A DNA stretch of 33,047 nucleotides, taken from assembly GCF_006345805.1 (NCBI RefSeq), contig NW_021832740.1, forward strand, positions 1 to 33,047, read 5' to 3'. The translations under genes and the position numbers were made by a program. The first letter of the stretch is position 1, and every line of letters begins with the position of its first letter. The notes under the pieces are model-generated. The model was not told the origin of the DNA, did no database searches, and worked only from the letters and a program-made list of their open reading frames with translations. This document shows, piece by piece, positions 1-11,412 of the stretch. The stretch comes from Octopus sinensis (lineage: Eukaryota).

Positions 1-96
1 AAGAGGCAGGCTTTCAGAGGTCTTCTAGATCTCCCGATCCCGTGAGGCCAATACAATGTCATCCGTATAAGATAGGACAAAATCATTATTGTCGTC
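1..96 (-). mobile_element. Non-LTR RT fragment (YxDD region)
   Basis: Reverse complement reads DDNNDFVLSYTDDIVLASRDREI*, closely matching LDNNDIVFSYADDIVLASRDRNIQ at ~21857-21930. Confidence 0.75.
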
Positions 97-292
97 AGGG
101 AATTAATCTATCGATTTCTGGATCCCTTGACGAAAGACACGCTCGAATATCATGAACAACATTCAGCCTCGCACGATGAACTGATTTTAAACTAAACAAC
201 GATGAAAATCCTTGTTCGCAGAGATATGTAGTCGGAAACAAAAGCAAAAAATCGATTATATAAAATCCAATGTTGTGATATTTTGATATCAT
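95..292 (-). mobile_element. hAT transposase C-terminal dimerization-domain remnant (Buster/SPIN-like)
   Basis: LLLFPTTYLCEQGFSSLFSLKSVHRARLNVVHDIRACLS matches the hAT dimerization motif FxxTYLCExxFSxLxxxKxxxRxRL. Confidence 0.85.
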
Positions 293-717
293 TTTGCACC
301 AAAATTCAATTAATGGTGCAGATTCAAATAAGATTTTTGACTCGTGAGAATTTATTAATTCAATTTAAAATTTTCTATTTCATTTAATTTTAGATGGCAC
401 ATGTTATCATTCAACTTATTAAACATAGTAAAATTGGAATTTGGGTTAAAATTAGAATTTGTTGTATTAATCTTAGGAGGTTGGTGATTTAAAGCTTGGG
501 CAAATGATTAAAGACAAGCAGTCAATTTTTACATCGACACGCCTTTTATGATTAAAAATAAGATTTTTGGATCTATAAGAATTGCATTTCGAGTATATAA
601 ATCTTATTTTTGAAGTAGTTTGTCGTGATGAATTAAAAGATATTTTATCGGACAACTTTTCCATTATTCATTTTATAAATTAAATTGGATGGATACAGAT
701 ATCCGAAGGTTTTAGAA

Positions 718-1700
718 CAGGGGTGCGCAAGTGCGGCCGTGAGTCGATGAATGTGCGGCCGTGGGCACAATTAGGTCATCGAATATATCTTTGCAAGGTA
801 AAGACCAAACAATTTGTCGAATGTATAAAAAAATTAACGATTTTATGGATACATGCCGCCTACTGAAGATTCACATAGAAAAAAATGAATTATTTCATTT
901 TCAAAAAGTCAAAAATCTCATTGATGACAAAATAATTAATTATGACGATCTTACACCAAATACATTTAATACTATATTCGATTATATTTTGAAACAATTT
1001 AAAGAGCGATTTAACGAATTTAAAAAAATTGAACTCAAACTTCAATTAACTGCAGCACCACATACTGTTTCGATTGAGAATGCGCCATTGGAATTTCAAA
1101 TTGAATTATTGAAATTAAAAAATGATTTAATTTTGATAAATAAATTTAATGAAAGCGAAGATTTGTTGAATGTATGGAAATCAGCGACAGATTATCCAAA
1201 TTTACGTGAAATGGCAAGAAATATTCTCGTTTTATTCGGAAGCACATATTAATGTGAGTCTACATTTTCCAAAATGAAATATTTAAAAAGTCAATATAGA
1301 TCTCGGATAACGGATGCAAACTTAGAGTCATGTTTGCGCATAATGATATCTACCCTACCAGTGGATTTCAATAAGCTCGCAAAAAATACCAAAGATCCTG
1401 GCTGTCATTAGAATAACTTGTATAATACATTTCTTTTAATTAATTTTCCTTCTTTCTTATCTTTTGTCCATGAAATAATTATTTATTTAAATAATATGAT
1501 GTCCCTGATGAACGAGAGCATTTCCTGTCCAAGAACTCATTCGGTCTCGATGACAATGGGCAACTTATGCGGTCACTTTTAATAATTAAAAAAAATTACT
1601 ATATTAATATCGAAAAAATAATGCAGAAAATGTGCGGCCGTGGAAGAGAAGGAAAAAAAATGCTATGCGGCCGCAAACCCAAAAAGCTTGCGCATCCCTG
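718..1700 (+). mobile_element. Internally deleted Buster-type hAT element with both ends
   Basis: TIRs CAGGGGTGCGCAAG (718-731) and CTTGCGCATCCCTG (1687-1700), 13/14 match. Perfect 8-bp TSD TTTTAGAA (710-717, 1701-1708). Subterminal TGCGGCCG at 732, 754, 1633 and 1666. Confidence 0.93.
761..1411 (+). pseudogene. C-terminal part of hAT transposase (GTF2IRD2/EPM2AIP1-like) with premature stop
   Basis: ORF ...YPNLREMARNILVLFGSTY* continues in frame after TAA (1250-1252) as CESTFSKMKYLKSQYRSRITDANLESCLRIM to TAG at 1409-1411. Confidence 0.88.
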
Positions 1701-1758
1701 TTTTAGAAGATAAAAATAGCAACGTTCTAAAAAATAAAATTACAGAAAAAATCTATGA

Positions 1759-1945
1759 AGTTAGTTAGTAGCCCCAAACTCCCTGACATGCAGGAAGCCG
1801 TCGGTCATTAAGTAACGCATAGCGTGGGCCGATCGCTCCCAGAGATCCACTAGCTCTGCGTGTGTAGCGATATTAGCCGGTGGTCCAGGACAGAAAAACA
1901 AATAGTGGACGGAAATCGGATTAGAGCTACACACGTGGCAGGGTT
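1759..1945 (-). mobile_element. 3' end of APE-type LINE with CCHC knuckle and (CTAA)n tail
   Basis: Minus strand reads PCHVCSSNPISVHYLFFCPGPP...DLWERSAHAMRYL (C-x2-C-x7-H-x4-C). Tail AGTTAGTTAGT at 1759-1769. Homologous to ~18894-19040. Confidence 0.75.
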
Positions 1946-2099
1946 TTCTTTCTAGTTTTTTCCTTATTTAATTGTGTCCAAGGCAGTGGTGATGTCCACA
2001 GTGAAATCTTGCGAGAATCACACGTTCTTTTCTTGGCGATAGTAATTGCGATTCATCAATTTTGGAGTATTTTGTTCCGTGATAGTCTGCGGATGGCCC

Positions 2100-3400
2100 T
2101 CGTGTCTTAAAGAGAGAGTGGTCGGGGAAAGCCGAGTGAACTCCGACTAGGAACCATTGAGAGATAAACCGATTTGGACAAAACCCGAAATAATATCAAC
2201 AAAATCGTTCCTTATGGATTCAAGCCCACCATTTAAGGTGATATCACCAAGATACCAGAAATTAGAGCGGAATTGACAGTCTTTGGGCAATATGGTCCAC
2301 TGCGAGGGCAAATAGGAAAGGACCCTAATGGATCCCCTTCCTGAACCCCAGACGATGAGATTAGCAAATTTTTCCCAAATAAAAAATTCGAGGGACACGT
2401 GTATGATAGTACGCCAGGCAGCGGGCGTAAACGACTTTCAGGATGTGGTCCCTGCGAACACTATTAAGGCGTTGCGCACATCCAACTTGACAAGAAACGG
2501 GATTTTCGAGTTGCCTTTAGTGACCAGTCCCCTCACTCCGTGGGCAGATGCCTCACAGGAGCCTCGGATACCAACGCCGAACTGACGTGGCAGCAACTGA
2601 GAGCTCAGATCAGAGAGAACATCGCTATGAATGATTTTCGCAACGAATCTCCTAAATGTGTTACCCACAGCGATGACGCTGATTCCCTCGGCTTTTATTT
2701 AGAGCTGTTAAGCTTGCCGAGAACAGCAAATCGCGTACAAAAAGATTAGATGTTACCAAAAATAATTTGGCAGCACAAGGATGCGATTGATTTCAGGAAA
2801 CGTCCACCAGATTCCCCTGCCAGGGGAGCGACAAGGTCCTTTAGGTGTATCGATTTTAGGCCATCCGCCACTGCTACTCAACGGAAATGAAGCTAGAGAA
2901 ACTTGCACGTCATTAGAGAAACAGTGCAAGCAGATTTGATCACCCGAGGGGGTTCTCAAATGTCAGCTGGAGCGGAAGGATATTTCAACAGAAGAGAATT
3001 AAAAACAGAATCTTTACGAGGGGCAACTGATGCCGTATATGAGATTAAGCGAACAGCAGTCGAGACATAACCCTGCATCAGTTTGCTCTTAACTGACCGA
3101 GCTAGATGTACCGCGATCTGACGCAACCAATGGTAAGTCGAAGGTTGCCTTTAGGAAAGTGCTAATCTGCTGAGCCACAGATATCCGATTTACTGCCGCC
3201 GTTTTCCCGGGGCCGCACCAAAACAGATAAAAGGAAACGAGAATAATTTGCACAAGGCTTCTGACCTGATTGATTAGGTTCGACAGAGTATCAGCAACGC
3301 AAATTCTTGCTGTTTTGGGATCCTGGCAGGGATCACGCGAACACTCCGAAATTCCGAGAGAGCGACAAAAATTTTTCAGGTTGAATGAGAGTAAAGCGTG
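2100..3400 (-). mobile_element. Degenerate CRE-clade non-LTR retrotransposon (pre-RT and RT regions)
   Basis: Fragments RIPKTARICVADTLSNLI (~3270-3325), SFPLSSSGG, MGNTFRRFVAK...LLPRQFGVGIRGSCEASAH...VKLDVRNA and NFWYLGDITLNGG parallel the better-preserved copy at 12096-14386. Many frameshifts; boundaries approximate. Confidence 0.8.
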
Positions 3401-3449
3401 CGGGAGGTTTGACTATCGCACAGTGCGGGAGACATATATGACACTTCCA

Positions 3450-3783
3450 TGCAAATATTGATGCCGAATCACGCTTTGTAAATTTGACGCAGGAAAGGTA
3501 AAAATACTAATTACAAGAAACGCAAAGACGGTCAGGTTTCCGGGCGTTGACATGGCTACATGATAGACAGCAAGACATGGGAATGAATAAGTGAGAAAGG
3601 GATAGAATAGATTGATACAATGAAATGAAAATAAGTGACTCATGGAAGAGGCTGAGCGCCACTTCCAGGACAGCCAGAAGATCAAAGGGATCCAATGGGG
3701 AGCATATAGAGGGTCTTTTAGTCGCAGTGAGAAACACAGCGTCCGACTTTCGCCACGTGAAGGTGACCCACATCGAAAGTTGA
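3450..3783 (+). mobile_element. Probable LINE apurinic-endonuclease (APE) domain remnant
   Basis: Frameshifted NLTQE..LITRNAKTVRFPG and SNGEHIEGLLVAVRNTASDFRHVKVTHI. The latter is homologous at DNA level to ~20155-20225 (minus), the 5' part of another LINE. Confidence 0.5.
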
Positions 3784-3848
3784 AATGAAATTCGCCGTAA
3801 ATAGCGTTGCGGTCAGGTTCGGTGTCCCAAATGGCTGCGAAGCGGGTA

Positions 3849-3936
3849 CAGTGAAACCTCTCGAATCCACTGCTTTTCGAATCCGCTTGCTTTAATCAAA
3901 AATTTGAAATTTCCTATAAATGATTCTCGAATCCGC
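3849..3936 (+). mobile_element. Possible pogo/Tigger-like terminus
   Basis: TA followed by CAGTGAAACCTC, with subterminal TCGAATCCRC repeats at 3861, 3877 and 3927. No partner end found in the window. Confidence 0.45.
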
Positions 3937-4242
3937 TCCTCAAGTATTGTGAAAAATAATTTTTTATCTAATTGTAAGTTAAATTAATTAACATTTTAAA
4001 ATTTTCATCACACGTTAAATTGTATTTTTTGATGAGTCGTTGTGTTAGACTTTTTATCAACGAAAAAATTTCTATATTACGTTATATTTATGATAACCCA
4101 TTTGTTTCTGCACCTCAAATTTCCAGGATTTTTTCTTCACGATTAAAAAAGAATATTTCTCCGAGAACTATAAACAAAATCGGACCTTTTGAATAGGACT
4201 GATATCAAAAAATTAAATATAACGAGAATTCCAACTGAAGGT

Positions 4243-4640
4243 ACATAGATGAAGCAACCATTTATGGTCCTATAGATGTTGATTTCGACAACCTCCACTC
4301 TCTCTCTTCTCTATCTATAAATGCGGACAAATCCGAAATCGTGAACATTCATTCTGAATCCAAATCCGTTCACTGCCGTAACTTCTACGTGCCGAAGTAT
4401 TCTTTCCGACATCCGAATTACAGTCTTTCTTCCCTTGAAAGCTCACTTTCTGAAAAAATCTCAAATCTATCCAAAATAATCAAGAAGCTTAAAGTCATCG
4501 AGCCTCATGTGGCTCTTTTCCTTCTTCGAAACAACTTTTCACAGAGGTGACTTTCTTTCCGACTTTGGCCATATCCTCAGGCTGGGAAAGAGCTCACTCG
4601 GCAATCTGGCCTTCGTCGATTCCGGCTAGACCCGGGAATC
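4243..4640 (+). mobile_element. CRE-clade RT/thumb fragment
   Basis: YIDEATIYGP...LSINADKSEIVNI...LSEKISNLSKIIKKLKVIEPHVALFLLRN corresponds to YLDDATIGGP...LSINPLKYEIANI...KLAKIDSHSGLFFLRN at ~12911-13255. Confidence 0.75.
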
Positions 4641-4649
4641 TTTATCTGT

Positions 4650-5600
4650 GCGATGGGGCGGTTAAGGTTAGCAAATACAAAACTGAATGGAGTGAACCTG
4701 TTCAAAGCAATTAATGAACGCGGTCTCTCATTGTACAACTATTATATTGGATTAGTTGATATCGAGCCATTCGAATATGAAATGGTGGACAATACGATTC
4801 GGGCAAAATTAACAGAATACAAAATAAACCTTCGACTGGCAAACAAATAAAGATTATACCTCCCCCGTAACAATCTTGGAAGAAGATTGAACTCATTTCT
4901 TTTCTAAATGAACGCATTTTTTTTGGATTTCTTACGGATTTAAAAAACCGAAGTGGTGTCTGCAAAAGAAATTTTTCGATTCTTCAGGCCGAAATACTGG
5001 AACAAACTTATCTAGCCACAATTGAAAAGTACTCGAAGCATAAATATTTACTTGAAGAATCAGTTTTACTTGACAAAAACTGTTGGTCGGTGCCCAGAAC
5101 AAGTACTTACTGGACCAGATTTTTTCAAAATGTCTTCATTCCATCCTATATAAAAAGGCTACGGAGGATTTTGTGAATGTCAAAAACTCTAGTCACTGGC
5201 TGGCCAAAGGCAATAACTCACCACGGTCTGAAGGTTTATTCTGTCTCATGCAAGATAGAAATTAATTTTTTGCAGGACATAAATCAATGTGTTCCCACTG
5301 CATGAGATGGAAGAAGACCGTCGATCACTGTGCCACTAGATCTGAGAAGATATTACATGGGGATTATGTCAGGAGGCACAATTAATTAGTGAGATGCTTT
5401 CATTTTTGCTGAGAATTTGGCCTCAACAATGATAAAAAACTCAAAACACACTCGGGAGAATTTGTATCGTTGAATGAGAATGTTGAAATCAAAGTGAACA
5501 CATTTATAAAGACCGACATCGTCGTGGAAAATAACAAGCCCAATTTGTTTGTTTTCGACAAGATTAAGAATCAAATTATGTTGGTGGAAGTTTGGATAAC
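4650..5600 (+). mobile_element. Degenerate R4-like RLE non-LTR retrotransposon (thumb, zinc knuckle, endonuclease)
   Basis: TKLNGVNLFKAINERGLSLYNYYIG, RLYLPRNNLGRRL, WLAKGNNSPRSEGLFCLMQDRN, CSHC...TVDHCATR...YVRRHN and NNKPNLFVFDK...LVEV. Same family as 16026-16568. Confidence 0.8.
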
Positions 5601-6199
5601 ACCTTCCAAAAACTTTTTTTTTGTTTCCTAGTCGATTAATGACTTAAGTTTTTTGTGGGATGTTTGGCCCGGTAACTAAAATTATTTTATATGAAATTTA
5701 ATTTTTGCATGATTTAATGCCTGGCGAGATCTTGAACCAATTGATGATATTTGTTTATAACATGGAGCAATCACGATTGATTATTGAAATATAATCGATC
5801 ATGCCGTCAAAACATACTCGTTAAACATTTAGAAAAGTTCGATTTACAATATATCCGCATCGAATTTTTAGAAGTTTTAAAAAATCATGAATTAACTCTT
5901 TCATAGTTACGTAATCCACTCTCGAAGAATCTCTAAATGTTGAAAATATTAAGTATTACGTATACTCTTTGAGTTATACAAGATTTTTGGCTACTTCTAC
6001 CCACCCACTGTATGCCATCACCGAATTTATTGATAGTTTGTATATTTTTTTATGTGTCAAAACCTAAATTGAGTAAAAAACTAGTATACACTACTTTAAA
6101 GGGCGGCATTTTATGTTTTTCATTTAATTTGCTTTCTTGCATTAAGACAATATCGATGTTGTTTGAGATAATAAAGTTTTTGAAATCCATGAACTCCGT

Positions 6200-6634
6200 T
6201 GATGTTCAATTGGAGAATATTTAACTTATTCCGACGCTGTGGACTGGAAATGGTGTGGTCGTTTTGGATCTGCCGGCTTTGTAGCCGTAGGAGTGTTACC
6301 CCGAGGGACTATTTAAAGGCCAGCAGAATTATTTGGCTGTCAACAGCTACAACAACCATATCTGATGGCCATTGCAGTTGTATGGCTTTGAATTATCTCT
6401 TCATCAAACATTCGTAATCGGTAATAACGTTTTCAAATATAGTTGAGGTCGTGAGAATGGAAACTCATTCATAATCACCAATTTTATCTAATTTGTTAGC
6501 TTAAATAATGTTTTTTGTTTTGTCGCAAGTGGAATGTATTACATTTATCGGTAGAATTTGCTTCATGGAGATCTAAGAGTAGACAACGTTCTGATCAACA
6601 ATGAATTAATATGTAGATTCCCAATTTTGGATTA
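6200..6634 (+). pseudogene. Degraded protein (probably tyrosine) kinase fragment
   Basis: 6522-6614 reads VASGMYYIYR*NLLHGDLRVDNVLINNELIC and, after a frameshift, IPNFGL, resembling subdomains VIa-VII (xASGMxY...HRDLxxxNxLV...KIxDFGL). Upstream N-lobe similarity is weak, so the 5' limit is uncertain. Confidence 0.6.
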
Positions 6635-6892
6635 GATATCAAAGCAAATTTCAACGTCCCTGAAGGAAAGATTCGATTTGATAAAATTTTTCAAATTCAA
6701 ATCATTTTTAAAATTTTGTCCATCATATTGATATGTGTACTTTCCAAACAGTAAAGGAAAACGAAACCTAACAACTCTTTAAATTTGTCCTGGATGGCTT
6801 CAATGAGAGGAAACCGCCAAAACAAACAGTCATAGCTTCCATTGACATATTTTTAAAGGGTTTGAATTTCACTTTGAAAGTTAGAAATTAAT

Positions 6893-7240
6893 TGTCACGC
6901 GCCATAACTGAAACGGGCGCCAGACGTGTAACAATTTGGCCTTGCATTTTAACCTTCAAATGTCATTTAATTGTTGTCTGCCGGTAACTATTATTTTTGC
7001 AAATGAGAATAGCTAATGCAGTCAAAGATGATAATGAATATAATGATATTCTTAAGTATTTACAACATGAGAAATTTCCAGAGCGATTGTCAAGAACAAA
7101 AAGATCAAGATTTTTACAAAAATGCAAGAATTTCATTTTTATCGGAGGTATTTTCCTATCTCATTTCAGGAACACTTTATTTTAATGAAATAAATGGTGA
7201 AAATAAGCAAGTAATTTGTTTGAATGATCACGAAACAACG
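6893..7240 (+). mobile_element. Gypsy-type integrase N-terminal remnant, possibly the 5' end of a Ginger-like element
   Basis: EYNDILKYLQHEKFPERLSRTKRSRFLQKCKNF...LYFNEINGENKQVICL resembles the segment preceding the integrase H2C2 motif. ATG at 7003; TGT at 6893. Cut off at the duplication boundary. Confidence 0.4.
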
Positions 7241-9573
7241 ATATCAATAACCCACCAGAACTATCAGCAATTGAAGACAACAAGGACGATTCTGAGTCTC
7301 CCACGTCTCTCACATCAGAAGCATTCGAAGAATCGGATGCTAAAACCATGCCACCTTTAAACTAAAATAAAACAGGACACCGTCTTGCGAAGATTCACTC
7401 TCAAATATCAATGCATTAGAAAAACGTTCTTCAAAAGACGATTCTCTGGGTGGACAAACATTTGAAGTATAAATGACTGAAAAATCAAATAAAACGGGAT
7501 TACCTTCTTGTTCGCACTCAGAATTAGGAATAGAAGGACAATCAACTGCCAATTGATCAAGTTGGTCTATCGTGAGTTTGGTTGCCTCTTCATTCACAAA
7601 AGTCTCGCTGGATCCAGAAAATGTTAATTCATGATTTGAAACACCATAGCAATCTAAAACTGTCATTTTACGAATTTTACCAGGAAAACCAATTAAACTC
7701 TTCAGACAGTCCGCAAACTCTGATGGAATAGAGGATGTGAGCTCGTTCAACTGTTCTTTGGTTCTCGAAACACGAGCATCCTCAATATTAAACTTGAAAA
7801 GCTCGTAGAGTTCAAGATACGAAAAGTGTCGATTAAGTAATGTATTTTCTGTATCCCCAGGGACAGTTACTCCTCGGTTTATAGTGTCTTTGAAAATTTG
7901 CCGACGATAAATAAACTCCTCGACGGTCCCACAGCTAATTAGCCTATAAACCACCACTGGGCGGGTTTGACCGACTCTATGAGCCCTTCCAATGGCTTGA
8001 CTATCACTAGCAGGATTCCAACTCGGATCGTCTTAAAATTAAACCCAAAATTGTTTTACATATCAAAACTCTGTCAGCAAAGGTCAAAGTGAGTCCAACT
8101 CCTCCAACCATCGTCGTTAAAAGCAAAAAATTTGGGGATTTTACTGGATTTTGAAAGGCTTCCACAATTTCTCCTCTCCTTTCCATTTGGACATTTCCGT
8201 CCATTCGAAGTAATCGGTGACCCTGAAATGTTTTAAAAAACTCCAACTTGGCTAAGAAGAATCTTCTCAAGAATGTCAAGAACCTTCAGAGATCGAGAGA
8301 AAACGAGTGTCCGATGTCCATCTTTTGCCAAAGTGTTGAGCAATCGGACAGCAAATGCCAGTTTTCCAGATCCCTTGATGAGGGAAAGAGGATCAGCGGA
8401 CTGCTGTTTCAACCGACGGTAACTTAAAATCAACCAAAAAATAAACAGCAATTCCACATCAGGATCCCCATTGGACTCTTTAAGTAATGTTTCCACCACA
8501 GAAATATGAAGAAGGTCAGGATGGTCACAAAGTTTTTTCAAATTGACAATCTCAATGAGTGGGGACCTCGTTGAAGTCATTGACTGGGATTAAATCAAAA
8601 AATACCTCTCTGACTTGTTTGGAGGACAATAATTGTTGATAGATTGATATTTGATGATCATTCAAAAATGTCCAACATACCAAATCCAGTTTTGGTGGGA
8701 TTTCAGACAGACCAGTCGATTTAAGTTCAATTTGGTCTTTAGTTCTCCGCAGAATGAGAGGATCAACCATTTCCTTAAGTTTTCTAAGTCGAGTCTCCCC
8801 CAATCCTTGGACGACTGCACTCGTTCCTCGCTCATTTGCCTAAAATGAAAGAAAATAACGCACTCTGCTGATTTTTGTAGCGAAAGTTTCCTTAAAGTGC
8901 TTCATCGTCCCCAATTGATGGGTTCCACTCGTCACAAAATCCACAAGTGCCCACAATTCCTAAAATAGCCTAAAATTAAGACCATAAGATTGTTCTGCAA
9001 AGGTGTCCAGTGAGGGCTAATCGTCGATGACTCTTCAAAGAATTGAGAATTTTAGCAGATTTTGTTTGATTTCGGAGAACATGTGCCTCATCCACTACGA
9101 TCAAGTCCTAAAATGGAAAAAAAACAGTACAAAAAATGTGTTTCTCAGATTGTCTGCAGAGTTGAGGACTGTGGTGTAGGTCGTCAAAAGAACCCCCCGA
9201 CGATTCAAAAAACGACGGAAATATTCTAGCTTTTCTCTTCCGTAGAATTTATAATATGGAAACGTAGTTTTCCTGGAAATAATGTTAAGAAATAACAGAC
9301 CATTTAGAAATTTCATTTTCCCAATTCTTGAGGAGATTGGCAGGAACAATTATTAGAATGCGAAGAGAAGTGTCTTCTTCATATAGAGACTGGATGTATA
9401 CGATAGCTTGAAGAGTTTTTCCGAGTCTGGATTAGTTAATATGGAAAATACCCCATCTCATCACCCAGGATTGCCCCTTTTGATTTTTGTAAGGTCTTTT
9501 GCATCCATAAAACACCGTCTCGTTGGTAATCAAATAGTTTTTTGATTATAGAATCACAACAACGCATTTCCAT
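7241..9573 (-). pseudogene. ERCC6L: ERCC6L/PICH SNF2 helicase, copy A (3'-truncated, one frameshift)
   Basis: Spliced reading gives [64 protein letters not shown] and [20 protein letters not shown]. Ten GT-AG introns of 22-28 nt (9427-9451, 9273-9300, 9108-9130, 8960-8982, 8840-8863, 8584-8605, 8423-8446, 8223-8247, 8032-8059, 7355-7380). -1 frameshift at ~9007. Lacks the terminal TPR exons. Confidence 0.88.
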
Positions 9574-10199
9574 ATTATAATATGATCCCGCGTAGTTTAA
9601 TTATTATATAATGTGATATAATAAAAAATATATTATTTAACTATTTTCATAAAAATTCAAACAAATTACACGTCTTCTTTTAAATTTGATTTTGAACCTC
9701 TATGTAGCCTTTTGTCACTAGAAACAATTTTCATTTGGTTTTGAGAGTTTCACTTCTTAGCTCTACATTCTTTTTCTTGTAATTCCATTTTAAAGTGTTT
9801 TTTTAGATTATCAAATTGTTTACCTCAACCTGTTAACAGATGTCTTTGTCAATCCATCCAATTCTGTATTCAACTTGTATTTTTAGGAGGGTTTTTCTTA
9901 TCAAAGTAATCTGAATATATGCCTTTATTGAATTATCTACTTTGAGCGCATTTAAAAATTGCCTACAATACCATTTTACGTTAGCACCATAGGTACAATG
10001 TTCAACTTAGCATTATGAAATCTAATTCATTTTCCCGTTTCAACTTGTTTCAATAGTTATCCAAACTTCAACTGAGGTTTTCGTCTTTTTATTTTATCTA
10101 ACATAAAAATAATCAGTTTATTGTTCTGGCAATTGACATCGGTGAAATATATTGTATAGAAACTGTATTCACAGAAGTATTATGAAGAATATACCATTT

Positions 10200-10707
10200 C
10201 TCATACTAAATGGGATTAACAAGAAACTAAGTAAAATCAATAGAAAATTAAATGAAATCAATGACAAACGACGTATGATTACCAGAAAACTAAGTGGCCT
10301 CAATAGAAAACTAAGTGGAATTAATACCAAGCTAAATGGGATTAACACCAAAAAATTATTTTTTAAAATTTAATGTCAACCATATTTAATGCTTCAGCAA
10401 TATTTCTCTACATTCAAAGCATAAAGCTTACATAATCTTTAGATATAATTGATTTTATTCTATCTACAATTATTCTTACAATTATCCGTATCGAATACTC
10501 TTTAATTGACAAAACTTCTCCTTTTTGGAATAAAATTTGATTTTTAAAGAAGAGATCTCTTTTCACGTGAGCTTGATATTTCTTTTCTAATAATTTACGT
10601 GAAATTTTTGTTCTATAATATTTCTAACTAAAGTAATCATTAGTTTTATGCCCACTTTGTTATTGATTCCACGTAGTTTTCTATTGATTCCACCCATTTA
10701 GTATGGG
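10200..10707. mobile_element. MITE/foldback-like element with 13-bp TIR and 21-bp subterminal repeats
   Basis: CATACTAAATGGG at 10202-10214 and its reverse complement at 10693-10705. Seven 21-bp units at 10206-10352 and about two inverted units at ~10655-10692. No TSD identified. Confidence 0.6.
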
Positions 10708-11412
10708 AATTGATATATTTTACTGGTCAAGTCAACTGGGTTATGAAATTAAAGAAAACAAGCATTCTATTCCGGAAAAACTTGCGAAAAAACGCAGATT
10801 TAAATCACAGATTACAGTAATAAAACTATAAGAATCTGTTTAACTTTTAGAAAAATCGTACTGATTTGTATTACGCTGCCATTTCTGTCACAGACGAGTT
10901 AAAAAATTAAATTTTTAACTCATCAAAAAATTTTATATATTGATTGCTAGTGATGTAAATTTTAATTTTGTAATATATATGGACAACTTGCTATTTAAAT
11001 GAAAAACGTCGACATACGGTGCATATCGCTGAAAGAGTTGGATTTGGTGAAATAATTCAAATTTATGGAGATCTCATAAAACTGAACCTGTCCAATTTCT
11101 ATTCCGTGAGATAAATTTTATGCGGTATGACACTGACACCAGTTACGTTAAGAAAAGTCGTTTTAAGATTAAATAGAGCTGCCGATTCCAAAATATTTTG
11201 TGAGAAAACGAGGAGTCAAATTAGATAACAGAAATAGAATTTTTGATAAAATTCTCTCCAGAATTGGCTTTCAAACAAAATCAAGTTTTGATTTGTTTTT
11301 TATGTTTTGGATGAATTTGAAACCGAACTAAGCATTGAGGACGCTGTGAAAACAATTCAGACTAGCAAAATGGCTCGTCAAACTAGAATTCGAGTACATT
11401 CATGCTCTAAAT

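Noticed and set aside
473-664. 63-aa minus-strand ORF
   Set aside because: No recognisable motif; compatible with a chance frame in AT-rich DNA.
6893-6933. TGT...ACA 41-bp segment as a solo LTR or hairpin element
   Set aside because: No TSD, too short, and only an imperfect inverted match.
8651-8848. Plus-strand ORFs conserved in both duplicates (8651-8848, 26143-26340)
   Set aside because: They are antisense to ERCC6L exons; their conservation follows from the duplication.
10152-10373. Heptad-repeat ORF (LNGINKK...) as a coiled-coil gene, or the 21-bp array as a CRISPR array
   Set aside because: Units are contiguous with no spacers and there are no cas genes. The frame is broken in copy B, and the array is better explained by its inverted DNA symmetry.
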